A stretch of DNA of 64,000 nt from contig NC_058368.1 of assembly GCF_018350175.1 (NCBI RefSeq), positions 29,266,001-29,330,000 of the forward strand, written 5' to 3'. This stretch comes from Felis catus. Its lineage: Eukaryota. Below are positions 49,914 through 63,861 of the stretch, one piece after another (within the stretch, counting starts at the first letter, position 1; every line of letters begins with the position of its first letter). The notes below the pieces were generated by a model. The model worked only from the letters and a program-made list of their open reading frames with translations. It was not told where the DNA came from and made no database searches. Both the position numbers and the translations under genes were made by a program.

Positions 49914-50115
49914 GGGTGCCTGGGTGGCTCAATAGATTAAGTGTCTGGCTCTTGATGTCAGCCCAGGTTATGATCTCATGGTTTGTGAGATCTGTTTGCT
50001 GTTCTGACAGCGTGGAACCTGCTTGGGATTCTCTCTCCCCCCTCTATCTGCCCCTCCTCTCTCTCTTTCTCTAAACAAATCTCTCTCTCTCTTTCTCTAA
50101 ACAAATAACTTAAAA
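49914..50115 (+). mobile_element. Can-SINE
   Basis: TSD aaaatagaaatacc. Confidence 0.88.
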
Positions 50116-51008
50116 GAAAATAGAAATACCGTATGATCTAGTAATTCCACTACTGAGTATTTATCCAAAGAATATGAAAACACTATTTGAAAGATACATG
50201 CATCCTTATGTTTATTGTAGCATTATTTACAATAGCCAACTTATAGAAGCAACTCAAGTGTCCATCAATAGGTGAATGGATAAAGAAGTGGTAGTATTAT
50301 ACACAGTGGATTATTATTCAGCCATTAAAAAGAATGAAATCTTGCCATTTGCAACAACATGAAAGGTTCTAGAAGGTATAGTGCTAAGTGAAATAAGACA
50401 ACCAGAGAAAGATGAATACCACATGACTTCACTCATATGTAGAATTTAAGAAACAAAACAAATTAACAAAGGAAAAAAGAAGAGACAATCCAAAAAACAG
50501 ACTCTTAACTATAGAGGACAGATGGTTATAAGAAGGGAGGTAGATGGGGGTGGAGGAAATAGGTAAAAGGGATTAAGAGTCACACATATCATGATAAGCA
50601 CTGAGTAATGTAAAGAATTGTTGAATCACTATATTATACACCTGAAACTAATATAACACTGTATGTTAATCATACAATATTAAAATTTAATAAATAAGTA
50701 AATAAATAAGATTAACTTTATGGTATGTGAATTTATATCTCAATAAAGCTTTTATCTTTTTTAAAAATACTTAATTTCCTTTTCATTGCTGAAGAGTACA
50801 TAGAATGTATGTTCCACAGTTTGTTTACCCATTCACCAACTGAAAGACATTTAGGTTTGTTGCCAATTTTTGACTATTATTAGTAAAGGAATGATTGATA
50901 TGAAAAAATACCCAGTTTTGAAATACACAAATAATTCTTATTCTCATGTTGAATCCACCCAATTTGAGCCAAAATAATAATAATGCTTTAGTTAGCAGTT
51001 TTGTTTCT

Positions 51009-51449
51009 TTTTTTTTTTAATGTTTATTTTTGAGAGAGAGAGAGACACAGTGTCAGCAGGGGAGGGGCAGATAGAGAGGGAGACGCAGGATCCAAAGCAG
51101 ATTCCAGGCTCCCAGCTATTAGCACAGAGCCCCATGTGGGGCTCGAACCCACGAACCTTGAGATCATGACCTGAATGGAGGTCAGATGCTTAACCGACTG
51201 AGCCACTCAGGCTCCCCTAGCAGTTTTGTTTCTTTTCTTTTTTAGTTGTTGTTGTTGTTGTTGTTTAGTGTTTATTTATTTTGAGAAAGAGAGAGCAGGG
51301 GAGGGGCAGAGAGAGAGGGAGACAGAGAATCTGAAGCAGGTTCCATGCTGTCAGCACAAAGCCCAATGCAGGGCTCGAACCCACAGACCGTGAGATCATG
51401 ACCTGAGCTAAATTTGGACACTTAACCAACTGAGTCACCCAGGTGCCCC
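51009..51449 (-). mobile_element. Two tandem Can-SINEs (51009-51217 and ~51234-51449)
   Basis: Target agcagttttgtttct occurs three times. Confidence 0.92.
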
Positions 51450-52943
51450 AGCAGTTTTGTTTCTTAAATATTTTTTATTAATAAACTGTAAGACCCATTC
51501 TCTATTTCTTCACTTTACTAAAGTTTATACTTAAAGTCACTACTTATAATATATCCATATTCTGTACTGGAATATAGAGAGAACAGGAGTTCTCTGCTTT
51601 GTCGAGTGTCAGGGTCTGTTGTTTTATTTCCTATAAAGCTCTTCTCACATATTGGAAATATTACTGTATTGATGCGTATACTCTTTATTTTCTATCTCCT
51701 CCACTAGAATGTGCCCTCCATCAAAAAAGAGGCCATGTTTATTTTTTTCACCTGTTCCTAGCATTGCATCATACATAGAATTGGTGCTCACTATTGAAGG
51801 AAATAAATGAATGTGTTTGGTGGTTGTTTGCATTTATATGACAAACACCTACGTTTATAGATCTCATACTTCAGTGAGTTCTCTATCTTTGAGAGAAAGC
51901 TATTTATTATTGCACCATTTTTTTTCTGGTTGTTATAGCAACCCACTGTCCTCCAGAGCTACAAGTTAATTCTGATGTATTTATTTTCCCAGAAGAACAA
52001 ACAGCATTTTCAGTTATGAAATAATGATGCTGTTATAAATCACATTTGTCATACTATAAAGGGGGCATTGGAGGTTTTCTCTTTATCTTTTATGAAGATG
52101 GCAGAAGACTAGAAACTAAAAAAAATCTGTTCAATCCAATATATGCTAGGAAAAAAACCAACCAAACAAAGCAGTATGACCCTCATCTCTACCCCTACCC
52201 TTTTTTATATTTCCTCCAAGTTCTCCACATTTCCACAAGCATCTGTGTATTTGGTTGTGTTTTTTATACAAACTGTTAAAGCTTCAACAAAATTTATCTT
52301 CAACATCCTAGTCTCATTAAATGAAATAATGTATGTAGTATATAATACGTTTAGCATGAAGTATATTATCAATAAATATTAGTGCTTAATAATATTATAG
52401 ACAAAATGTTCAGCATACCATAAGAGGTATCAGTCACACCAAGAACCAAAAATATCACAACTTGAATAAGACAATCAACTAAAGTCAACATACATGAATC
52501 GTAAGTTCAAATTAAGTTAGTACAGTAACTTACTATAACGTCTCCTGAAGTGACTGGAAAAAAAATTAAAAAATCTCAGCAAAGAGATCAAACTTATAAA
52601 AAAATACCAAGTGGAAATTATAAAATTAAAAGATACAGTAATGGAAATAAAACAACTGTTCTACTGGATGGACCCAAAAGTATAGTGGTGATAACAGAAG
52701 ATAGAATCAGTTTCATTCAGGAAAGATCAGTAGAATTCATTCAATTCAAAAAACAGACAGTAAAGTTAACTAGAGGAAAAAATGAACAGAGCCTCAGGGA
52801 CCTGTGGGACAATAACAAAATAGCCAACATTTGTATTATTAAAGTCCCAATGAAGATGGGTGGGGGAGGAATATATATATATATAAGAAAATATATATAT
52901 ATTTAGTTCAAGACTCTTCCTCCCCACCCCCCTTCATGGGACG

Positions 52944-52948
<5 letters not shown>

Positions 52949-53002
<54 letters not shown>
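52949..53002. repeat. (TA)n microsatellite
   Basis: Perfect run followed by degenerate TA/CA repeats. Confidence 0.97.
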
Positions 53003-53006
<4 letters not shown>

Positions 53007-54196
53007 AGGAAATAATATACATTTACATATGTATGTACATTTACATACATTTACATTTATATGTATATGTATATATATTATAATATATATGTATATTTGA
53101 GGAAATAATTGCTGAAAATTTCCCATATTTGTACACAAACTTACATATTCAAGAAGCTGAGCAAACCCCAAATGGGATAAACCTAAAGAAATCCATTCCG
53201 TGACACATCATAATTAAAATTCTTGAGGGGCGCCTGGGTGGCTCAGTCGGTTAAGCGTCCGACTTCGGCTCAGGTCATGATCTCACGGTCCGTGGGTTCG
53301 AGCCCCACGTTGGGCTCTGTGCTGACAGTTCAGAGCCTGGAGCCTGTTTCAGATTCCGTGTCTCCCTCTCTCTCTGACCCTCCCCCTGTTCATGCTCTGT
53401 CTCTCTCTGTCTCAAAAATAAATAAACATTAAAAAAAAATAAAAAAAAAATTCTTGAAACTAATGACAGAGAAAAACTCTTTAAAGAAGCCAGAAAGAAA
53501 TGACTCATTGCCTATAGGACAATATCAATCCATCAGTGGATTTCTCATCTGAAACCATGGAGAATGGAAGGAAGTGGCACAGCACTTTTTTAATATTAAA
53601 AGAAAAGAATTATCAACTGTAGAGCCTACATCCAGCAAAATCATCCTCTAGAAAGAAAGGGGAAATAAAGACATTCTCATATGAAGGAAAAATAAAAGAA
53701 TTTGTTGCTAGCAGATCTATTCTTAAAGGCTGGAAAAGAAATTATAAAAGAAAGTATCTTGTATTAGGAAGGAAGAAGGAACAGAGAAACCAGAAATATG
53801 AATACACACAAAAGTATGTTATTAATCATACAATGGCATATTTTAAAAATCATAACATTTGTAAATCATATTTGATGATTGAAAAAATTTATAACACCAC
53901 CTGATATTCAAGATAATGATGATTAAAAGTAGATTTCCACACTTCACTCAAAAATGGTAAAACGTTGATTATAGTAAGCTGTGATAAGTCACATATGTAT
54001 ATTTTAATACCAAAGCAACCACTAAAAAACATACAGGGGCTCCTGGGTGGCTCAGTCAGTAAGCATCTGACTCTTGATTTCAGCTCAGGTCATGAACTCA
54101 TGATCTGTGAGATCCAGCCTTGTGTCAGACAGGCTCTGTGCTGACACTTGGGATTCTCTCTCTCCCTCTCTCTTTCTGCCCCTTCCCTGCTCATGT

Positions 54197-54201
54197 GAAA
54201 A

Positions 54202-54241
<40 letters not shown>

Positions 54242-54255
54242 AGAAAGAAAGAAAA
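54197..54255. repeat. (GAAA)n tetranucleotide repeat derived from a SINE tail
   Basis: Direct reading. Confidence 0.95.
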
Positions 54256-55280
54256 GGGAAAGAAACATTATAAAGACATACACATATATGCATTCAAAAA
54301 TACTACAAATAAATACAAATGAATCCCCCAAAATGTTCAGGTAATTCACAGGATGGCAAGAAAAAAGAAAAAGAGGAAAACCCACAAGAACCAGAGAAAA
54401 CAAAGAGAAAATAAATAATAAAATGGGAGGCTTAAATGCTAGCATATCAATAATCACCTTAAATGCAAATGGTCTAAATATACCAATCAAAAGAGAAAGA
54501 CAAGCAGAATAGATAAAAAAACATGACCTCATCATATACTGTTTATAAGAAACTCATTTCAAATTCAAGGACACAGCTAGAGTAAAATAAAAGTTTGTAA
54601 AAACATATACTACACAAATACCAATTTTTAAAAAGCATAAGTGATTATATTAATATCTGAAATAGTAGATGGCAGAGCAAAGAAAATTTCTAAAGTAGAA
54701 CGGAGATGATAAAAGGAAATAATACATAAGAAGAAAATCAACAGACTAGGAAAACATTGATGATCTTTAATGTGTATGAACCAAACAACTGAGTTTGAAA
54801 TACCTGAAACCAAAACTAATAAAACTGAATAGAAAAATAGGCAACACTTCATTTATCATTAGGGAATTCAAGATAATCTCTCAACAACAATTACTAGATT
54901 GAAAACAAACAAGGATAGAGAAGATTTGAACAACACAACTAGTCGAGGAGTGACCTATCACTCCACCCAATAATAACAATACACATTTCTTTTTGTTTGC
55001 CCATGGAACAATTACCAAGCTCTATCATGTCTTATACCATAAAACAAACCTTGGTGCACCTGGGTGGCTCAGTCAAGCATCCAACTCTTGATTTCAGCTC
55101 AGGTCATAATCTCAGGGTCATAAGATCAGATCAAGCTCCCAGTTGGGCTTTGGGCTGGGCATGGAGCCTGCTTAAGATTCAGTCTCTCCCTCTTCCTTTG
55201 CCCCTCCCCCATGCTCAGGAACTCACGTGCACACTTTCTCTCTCTCATGAACTCATGTGCACCCGTGCTCTCTCTCTTGG

Positions 55281-55294
55281 AAAAAAGAAAGAAA

Positions 55295-55343
<49 letters not shown>

Positions 55344-55420
55344 AAAGAAAGAAAGAAAAAAAGAAAGGAAAGAAAGAAAGAAAAAGAAAGAAAAGAAAAG
55401 AAAGAAAGAAAAAAAAACAA
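55281..55420. repeat. Complex (GAAA)n purine tract derived from a SINE tail
   Basis: About 140 nt of almost only A and G. Confidence 0.95.
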
Positions 55421-56974
55421 ACTTTCACAAATGTATAATAAGTCAAATCACACAGTGTATATTTTCTGGACCTTTGGAATCAAACTAAAAATCAATATCT
55501 AGAATGACAGTAAGATGATCTCTAACCACACAGAAATTAAACAACACAACTTAAAATTACCATGCATCAGAGGAAATCTCAAAGAATGTTTAAAAATTTT
55601 TTTAATGTTTATTTATTTTTTTAGAGAGAGAGAGAGAGACAGAGTGAGAGCAGGAGAGGGGCAGAGAGAGACACACACACAGAATCTGAAGCAGGCTCCA
55701 GGTTCTGAGCTGTCATTACAGAGCCCACCATGGGGCTCAAACTCACTAACTGCAAGATCATGACCTGAGCGGAAGTTGGACGCCTAACCAAATGAGCCAC
55801 CCAGATGCCCCAGCTCAAAGAATATTTTAAAATAGAATTGCCTGAAAATAAAAATACGGCATACCAAAATTTGTTGGATGCAGATAAAACATTGTTGAGA
55901 ATGAGATTTGTAGCATTGAATGCTTACATTAGACATGACAAAAGGACTCAAGTCACTAATCTAAATGTTTACTTAAGGCTGAATTCCTGGCTGGCTCAGC
56001 CAGTGGAGCTTGCATCTCTTGATCTTGGGGTCATAAGTTCGAGCCCCACGTTGGGTGTAAAGATTACTTAAATAAATTTAAAATAAATAAGTTTTTGCTT
56101 AAGACACCGGCAAAAGAAGAGGAAAATAAATCCAAATAAGTAAAAGGAAGGAACTCATATAGATCAAAGCAGTAATTAATTACATTGAAAATAAGAGAGC
56201 AATAGAGAAAATCAATGAAGTAAGAGAATGGTTTGTTTTAAAATCAATAGAATTGATAAAATTTAGTAAGACTGACAAAAATTAAAAGAGAGAAAACACA
56301 TATTACCAATATAAGGAATGAAACATGGATGTCACTACATATGCAGCACTTAGATAATAAGGGAATACTATAGAAAACATTACATTCATAAATATGACAA
56401 CTTAGAAGTAATGGACCCCTTTTCAAAAACCACAGACTACAAAACTCAACAAAACTCAGGATGAAATAGATTATATCAATTTAGAGCTTTATACCAATTT
56501 TTAAAATTGAATTTATTTAAATAGCACCTAAAAAAAGAAATTTACAGTCCCAGATGATTTCACTGCAGAATTCTACCAATCATTTAAAGAATTAACACCA
56601 ATTTCACACTATCTCTTCCAAAAGAGAACACTTTCCAATTCATTTTGGGAGGGCAGTTACACCCTGATATCAAAACCAAACCATACAAGTACAAAAAAGA
56701 AAACTGCAGGCAAATATTTCTCATGAACGTAGATGTAAAAATTCTCAACAAAATATTAGCAAAGTGAGCACAATAATTGTATAAAAATAAATTATGCACT
56801 ATGACCAAGTGGGATTTATTCCAGGTTTGTAAGCCTGGTTCAAAATTTGAAAAATCAATGTAATACACCAGATCAACAAAGTAAAAAAGAAAAATTATAT
56901 GATTACATTAATTGATGCAGAAAAAGTAGTTGACAAATTCCAACATCCATTCATGATTAAACAAAAAAAAGTTA

Positions 56975-59881
56975 TAAGGAGTGATACCATGGAAATGGTA
57001 GAGTGGAGAGATCTAAGAACCCATCCTTCCACTGAAGCAACCAGTAAGCTGACAAAAAATGACAGAATCCATTTCTTTGGAACTCTGACATCTAAGCATA
57101 ATCTTACAGTAACCAGGAAAGTGCTTAGTGAAGAGACTGTGAAACTTCAATAGGAAAACATTATGTTCTTATTTACCCACCTATCATCTCCATTTCCCAG
57201 CTAAGTGGTGGCTATGCAAATGGCAGCTTGAAATTGAGATGCACCTTGCTGGTGCTATGGGGGCAATGTGGATTTTGTTCTCAAAAAATTGCAGTAATGC
57301 ATTTTGGCCTGCCTGGTGATCAGCATAGAGGCTGACTTTTGTTTTATTCCCATTGGGCTGGGACAACTACCCAGGAGACATATGACAAAAACATTTAAAG
57401 GTATAGACCACCCATAGCCACCTGAGCCAAGAGACAGCAGAGGTAGTAAAGCCTGGGAAGATCCAGAGCTTGGAAAGTAAGAGGCTGTGGAAGAAGATTC
57501 TTGTGGGAATAAGGGCTTTGAAGGGCTACTGTATATACCATGGAATACAAAGTTCAACACATGCCTAGAGCCATCATCTTGGTCAGAAAAGATTTGAGAT
57601 GACCATTGGCTTGCACCTCTGGCTAATTTTTGAACAAACAGGAAGGCAGAGTTGGAGATAAAAGCTAAGGCAGAGTTGGAGGCAAGTTGGTGTGGTGTTG
57701 AAGAAGTGCCCTAGCTTAGTTTCAATCTACAAATAACAGGTGAGTATTGTTTTTCTTCTTCCTTTGGCCTCACATGTTTAAGGAAATCTGTCAGCCTTCT
57801 TGGCTAACCGCTGAAATAATAGAAAAGAGACTTCAGTGACCACACATGACACCAAAGACAGTGTTTGCAAAGATAGTTTGGAAAAGCCACTAAACAAGGA
57901 CAACTGCTCACCTCAACAATCAACAACAGAACATCATGGAGGAGATTCTGACTTCCAGAGTTACTTAATTATAATATTCAAAATATTTGGTTTTCAACAA
58001 AAAAATTACAAGGCATGAAAAGAAACAGGAAAGCATAGTACACTTGCATGAAAAAAAAAATTTGACATAAACTATCCCTGAGGAAACCCAGACACTAGAT
58101 AGAGTAGACAAGGACTTTAAGACAGCTGTCTTAAAAAAAAAAAAAAAAAAAAAAGACAGCTGTCTTAAATATGTTCAAAGAGTTAAAGGACACCGTAGAC
58201 AAAAATATAAAGGAAACCTGGAGGGGGACCTGGGTGGCTCAGTCAGTTAAGCACCCAACTTTGGCTCAGGTCATGATCTCCTGGTTTGTGGGTTTGAGCC
58301 CCACGTCAGGCTCTCTGCTGTCAATGTTGAGTCAGCTTCAGATCCTCTGTCCACTCTCTCTCCACCCCTCTTCCACTCACTCTCTTTCAAAAATAAATAA
58401 AAACCAAAACTAACTAAAAATAAAACAATAAAGGAAACCTGGAAAACAATATGTGAGTAAAATGAAAATATCAATAAAGATGTAGAAATTACAAAATGAA
58501 ACCAATGTAGAAATTACAAAATTACAAAATTACAAAATGAAAATGTAATTTGTACAAAATTACAAATAGAAACTCTGGAGTTGACAAGTAAAATAATTGA
58601 AATGAAAAAGTCGCTAGAGGGCTTTAACAGCAGATTTGAGAAGCAGAAGAAAAAAAAATCGGCAAACTACAGGACTATTGAAATGACATTGTGAAGAGAA
58701 GAAAAATTAACATAAAATTAACATAACCTAAATGATCTTGGGGACACCGTGAAGAATACCAATATTCTAGGGGCGCCTGGGTGGCGCAGTCGGTTAAGCG
58801 TCCGACTTCAGCCAGGTCACGATCTCGCGGTCCGGGAGTTCGAGCCCCGCGTCAGGCTCTGGGCTGATGGCTCAGAGCCTGGAGCCTGTTTCCGATTCTG
58901 TGTCTCCCTCTCTCTCTGCCCCTCCCCCGTTCATGCTCTGTCTCTCTCTGTCCCCAAAAAAATAAACGTTGAAAAAAAAAAATAAAAAATAAATAAAAAA
59001 GAATACCAATATTCTCTGGGAGTCCCAGACAGAAATGAGAGAAAGAAAAACGGGGACAGAAAGAATACTGCAGGAAATACTGCCCAAAAACTTATGAACT
59101 TTGATTAAAAACTGAATCTACACATCCAAGTAGTTTAATTAACTCCACATATGATAAGCTCAAAGAGACTGACACTGAGACACACAGCCAAAAATTTGAA
59201 AGACAAAGACAAACAGAATCTTGTTAAGTAGCAACAGACAAGCAACTTCACACATAGAAGGGATCCACGATACAATTAATATCCAATTTGTTATCAGAAA
59301 CCCTGGAGCCCAGAAAGCAGTGGGATAACATATTTGAAGTACTGAAAGGGGAAAACAATTGTCACCTGAGAATTCTGGCAACACTTTCTTTCAAAAATAA
59401 AAGAGAAATTAAGACATTCATAGATAAACAAAAACTGAAGGAGTTAGTTGCTAGTACACCCGCCCTACATGAAATGCTAAAGGGAATCCTTTTGACTGTA
59501 CTGAAAGGACACTAAATAGTAACTTGAAGTCATACAAAAAAATAAAGAACTCTGGTAAAGATAGTTACATGGGTAAATATAAAGCATTCCATTAATGTTG
59601 TAATACCTTCTTTCCTCCTATATTATTTAAAGCACATGCAAAAAAAAATTATAAATCTATGCTAATAAGCATGCAATATGTGAAGATGCAATTCATGACT
59701 ATAACAACACAGAGGACAGGGGTGCATGGGTGGCTCAGTCAGTTAAGTATCCAACCCTTAGTTTCGGCTCAGGTCATGATCTCAGAGTTTGTCAATCCAA
59801 GTTCCACCTTGCACTGACAGTGGAGATCCTGTTTGAGATTCTCTCTCTCCCTCTCTTTCTGCCCCTTCCTGGCACTCTCTG

Positions 59882-59941
<60 letters not shown>

Positions 59942-62695
59942 AAACTAAATAAACTCAATAATAACAACAACAGAGGACAGAGCAGTATGGGAACAGAGTT
60001 TCTGTATGCTATTGAAACCAAATTGGAACTGATTCAAACTAGATTGTTATAAATTTAGCATGTTAATTATAATCACCATAATAACCATATAGAAAATAAC
60101 TATAAAATAAAAAAGAAATTGAGAAGGAAATAAAAATGTTATACTAAAAAAAACTTAAACACAAAAGGCTATATGTAAGGAACAAAAAATGAACAACCAA
60201 AAAGCTCATAGAAAATAGCAAAATGGCAGAAGTTAGTGTTTGCTTATCAGTACTTTAAATGGGAAGAGATTAAACTCACCATTAAAAGATAGATTGGAAG
60301 AATGGATTTTAAAAATAATTCATATTATGAAATTAATAATTCATGATATTATGAATGATAATTCACTTACATTGAAAGTGAAAGTGATAAAAAATATTCT
60401 ATGCAAATAATAACTAAAGGATAGCAGGAGTGACAATACTAATATCAAAAAATATATACTTTAGGTCAAAATTAATACAGGAGGGGGACACTTGGGTGGC
60501 TCAGTCTGTTAGATGTCTGACTTGGGCTCAGGTTATGATCTCACAGTTCATGGGTTCAAGCCCTGCATCGGCTCTGTGCTAACAGCTCAGAGCCTGGAGC
60601 CTGCTTTGGATTCTGTGTCTCCCTCTCTCTCTGCCCCACCCCTGCTCATGCTCTGTCTCTGTCTTTCTCAAAAAATAAATAATAAACATTAAAAAATAAA
60701 AAAAAAATTAATACAGGAGAAAAAGAAGAATACTATATATTGAGGAAAGGGCTAATTCATTAGGAATATACAACACAACAATTTCAAATATATATACACC
60801 ACTAGCAGAGCCCCATAATACATGAAGCAAACATTAAAAGGGAGACTTAAAGGGAGAAATAGTCAACTCTGCATAATCATTTGAGACTTCAATAACTCAT
60901 TTTTTAAAATATTCTTTTCTTATAAGTTTATTTATTTTTGAGAGAGAGTGCATGCGAGCAGGGGAAGGGCAGAAAGAGGGGGAGACAGAGAATCCAAAGC
61001 AGGCTCCATACTGTCAGCACAGAGCCCCATGTGGAGTTCAAACTCACGAATCGAACCATGAGATCATGTCCTAAGCTGAAGCCTGAGGCTCAACTGACTA
61101 AGCCACCCAGGTGCCCCAATAACTCATTTTTAATAATGGATAAAACATCTAGATAAAAGGTCTATAAATAAATAGAGGTCTTGAATGACACTAAACATCA
61201 ATTAGACCTGACATACATTACATATAAAACATTCCACTCACCATAGCAGAATATACACTGTTATCAAGTATACATGGAACATTCTCCAGGATAGATATTT
61301 TAGGCCACAAATTATACAAAGCACTTCCTCTAAACACCATGGAATGAAGCTAGAAACCAATAACTGAAGAAAAACTAGAAATTCACAAATGTGTTGAAAT
61401 TAAACAACACCCTTTTAAATAATCAATGGGTCAGAGAAGAAATCAACAAGGGAAATATGAAGGTACTTGGATATGAATTAAAATGAAAACACATGGGATA
61501 CAGCAAAGACAGTGCTCAGAGTGACATTTATAGTTATAACTGCCTACATTAAAAAATAAATAAGATCACACGTCAACAACCTAGCTCTACAATTTAAGGA
61601 ACTAGAAAGAAAAAAAAATATTAAATACTGAAGAAAATTAAAAAGATTAGAGTGCAGATAAATGAAATGGAGAGTAAAAAAACAATAGAGAGTATTAAAG
61701 AAACCAAAAGTTGATTCTTGAAAAGGTCAGGAAAATTGACAAACTTAAGTAGACTAAGAAAAAAGGGAGAAGGCACAAATAACTAAAACTAGAAATAAAA
61801 GTTAGAACATCAATATTAACCTTACAGAATTAAAAAGGATTATGCTAGAGCCTGATTTGGATTCTGTGTCTTCCTCTCTCTCTGCCCCTCCCCAACTAGC
61901 ACTCATCTCTCTGTCTCTTAAAAATAAATAAACATTCAAAAAAATTGTTTTAAGGATTATGAAAGAATACCGTGAGCCCACATCAGGCTCTGTGCTGTCT
62001 GACAGCTCGAGCGTGGAGCCTGCTTCAGATTCTGTGTCTCCCTCTCTCTCTGTCCCTCTCCCGTGTGCTCTCTCTCTCAAAAATAAATAAAAAATTTTAA
62101 AAACAAACAAAAAAACACTTTTGAAGCTCACATTCAGAGGTATAGGCTCACTAAAAGATTGAGACCTAATCACACCCTACCACAGGCCTATTTACAGGAG
62201 TATATCATGTCTGGCTATCAAGAAAAAAACTGAAAGTCATACTAGAAGGCAAAAAACACAATCTGTAGAGACACAATAAGTATCAGAACCAGACAGGGCA
62301 GTGATGTTGAAATTATCAGACCAGGAATTGAAAACAACTATAAATAGTATTCTAAGGGCTACTCTAATATTCTAACTATAATAATATTCCACAGATAAAG
62401 TAAACAGCATGTAAGAACTGAAAGGTAAAGAGATGGAAGTTCTAAGACCCAAAAAGAAATGCTAGAGATCAAAACAACTGTAGGAGAAATGAAGAGTGCC
62501 TTTGATGGGCTTATTGGTAGACTGGACACAGCTGAGGAAAGAATCTCTGAGCTTGAAGATATATCAATAGAAATTTTGAAGACTGAAAACCAAAGAGAAC
62601 AAAGATAGTGGGGTGGGGGTCAGGAGTGGGGAGGAGAATGGAATAGAATAACCAAGGACCGTGGGACAACTACAAAAGGTGTAACATACACAAAA
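56975..62695 (+). mobile_element. Further old L1M 5'/ORF1/ORF2 remnants with SINEs (+ 58223-58430, 58770-59000, 59718-59960, 60483-60710, 61848-61950, 61972-62110; - 60915-61117)
   Basis: ORF1 remnant ETLEPRKQWDNIFEVLK...LSFKNKREIKTF and EN-like segments. Confidence 0.82.
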
Positions 62696-63860
62696 TGGAT
62701 TTAATCCTTTTCAAGTTAATTGTTGTGTATGGGTCCAATTTCATTCTTTTGCATGTGGTTATCCATTTTTCAACACCAATTGAAGAGACTATTCTTTACC
62801 CATTGTGTATTTTTCCCTTGTCAAAGATTAGTTCACCATATATGCAGAAGTTCATTTTTGGGCTCTCTATTCTGTTCCATTGGTTTATCTGTTTTTATAC
62901 CAATACCATACTCTTGTGATGACTGTAACTTTGTAGGATACAGTTCCTTGAACAACATGGGTCTGAACTGCATGGGTCCACTTATACACAGAACTTTTTG
63001 ATAAATACAGTACTGTAAATATATTGTCTCATCCTTATGATTTTTAAATAATGTTTTCCTTTCTCTAGCTTACTTTATTGTAAGACTACAATATAATATA
63101 CATAACACACAAAATACATGTTAATTGTTCATGTTATTTGTAAGGCTTCCAGTCAACAGCAGGCTATTAGTAGTTAAGTTTGGGGGGAACCCATAGTTAT
63201 ACTCAGATTTTGACCGCACAGGGCACCCTCACTTCTGTGTTGTTCAAGGGACAACTGTACTTTAAAATTAGAAATGTGATGCCTGTGACTTTGTTCTTCT
63301 TTTTCAAATTGCTTTAGCTATTCGGGGTCTTTTGTGATTCCATACGAATTATATGATTATTTTTTTTCTATTTCTGTGAAAAATGACATTAAAATTTTGA
63401 TAGAGATTGCATTGAATCTATAAATTGATTTGGGTGGTATAGACACTTTAACAATATTAATACTTCTTTTTTTTTTTAATTTTTTTTTCAACGTTTATTT
63501 ATGAGACAGAGAGAGACAGAGCATGAATGGGGGAGGGGCAGAGAGAGAGGGAGACACAGAATCGAAAACAGGCTCCAGGCTCCGAGCCATCAGCCCAGAG
63601 CCCGACGCGGGGCTCGAACTCCCGGACCGCGAGATCGTGACCTGGCTGAAGTCGGACGCTTAACCGACTGCGCCACCCAGGCGCCCCAACAATATTAATA
63701 CTTCTAACGCCTGAACATGAAATATCTTTCTGTTTGTACCTACTCAAATTTCTTTCATCCATGTCTTATGTTATGCCTTTCAGTGTACAGATCTTTTACC
63801 TTCTTGTTTAAATTTATTCCTAAGTATTTTATTGTTTCCAATGCTATTTTAAATTAGATT
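62696..63860 (-). mobile_element. Antisense L1 ORF2 fragment hosting a Tigger2 MITE and a young SINE (- 63466-63687)
   Basis: Antisense L1 motifs ggtccaatttcattcttttgcatgtgg and gagattgcattgaatcta. The SINE TSD is aacaatattaatacttct. Confidence 0.85.
62941..63257. mobile_element. Tigger2-family MITE
   Basis: TA|cagttccttgaacaaca ... tgttgttcaagggacaactg|TA, i.e. TIRs plus a TA TSD. Confidence 0.88.
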
Positions 63861-63861
63861 G

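Larger units (their letters stand above)
39023..50700 (+). mobile_element. Near-full-length decayed carnivore L1 (5' UTR ~39025-40246, ORF1 ~40247-41930, ORF2 ~42345-45770 and 49631 onward, 3' UTR to ~50700) with nested insertions
   Basis: ORF1 MRRQKNVSQIKEQ and INPRRSTPRHIVIKM. The EN region is followed by RT sequence ctatttgcggacggcatgatactatat (LFADDM-like; [12 protein letters not shown]). Many stops and frameshifts are present. Confidence 0.92.
52400..56970 (+). mobile_element. Old L1M ORF1-ORF2 remnant with SINEs (+ 53227-53450, 54036-54200, 55052-55280, 55977-56090; - 55594-55810)
   Basis: NEQSLRDLWDN (ORF1) and [17 protein letters not shown] (RT) remnants. Confidence 0.85.

Noticed and set aside
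39023..50700. Active L1
   Set aside because: ORF1 and ORF2 are broken by many stops, frameshifts, a deletion and nested insertions.
54997..55502. Lys/Glu/Arg-rich ORFs (also at 54107-54344)
   Set aside because: They are translations of (GAAA)n microsatellites.
115..63762. Dozens of similar short ORFs (MAQSVKRPTSAQVMIS..., FEPRVGLCADSSEPGACF...) suggesting a gene family
   Set aside because: All are translations of Can-SINE copies.
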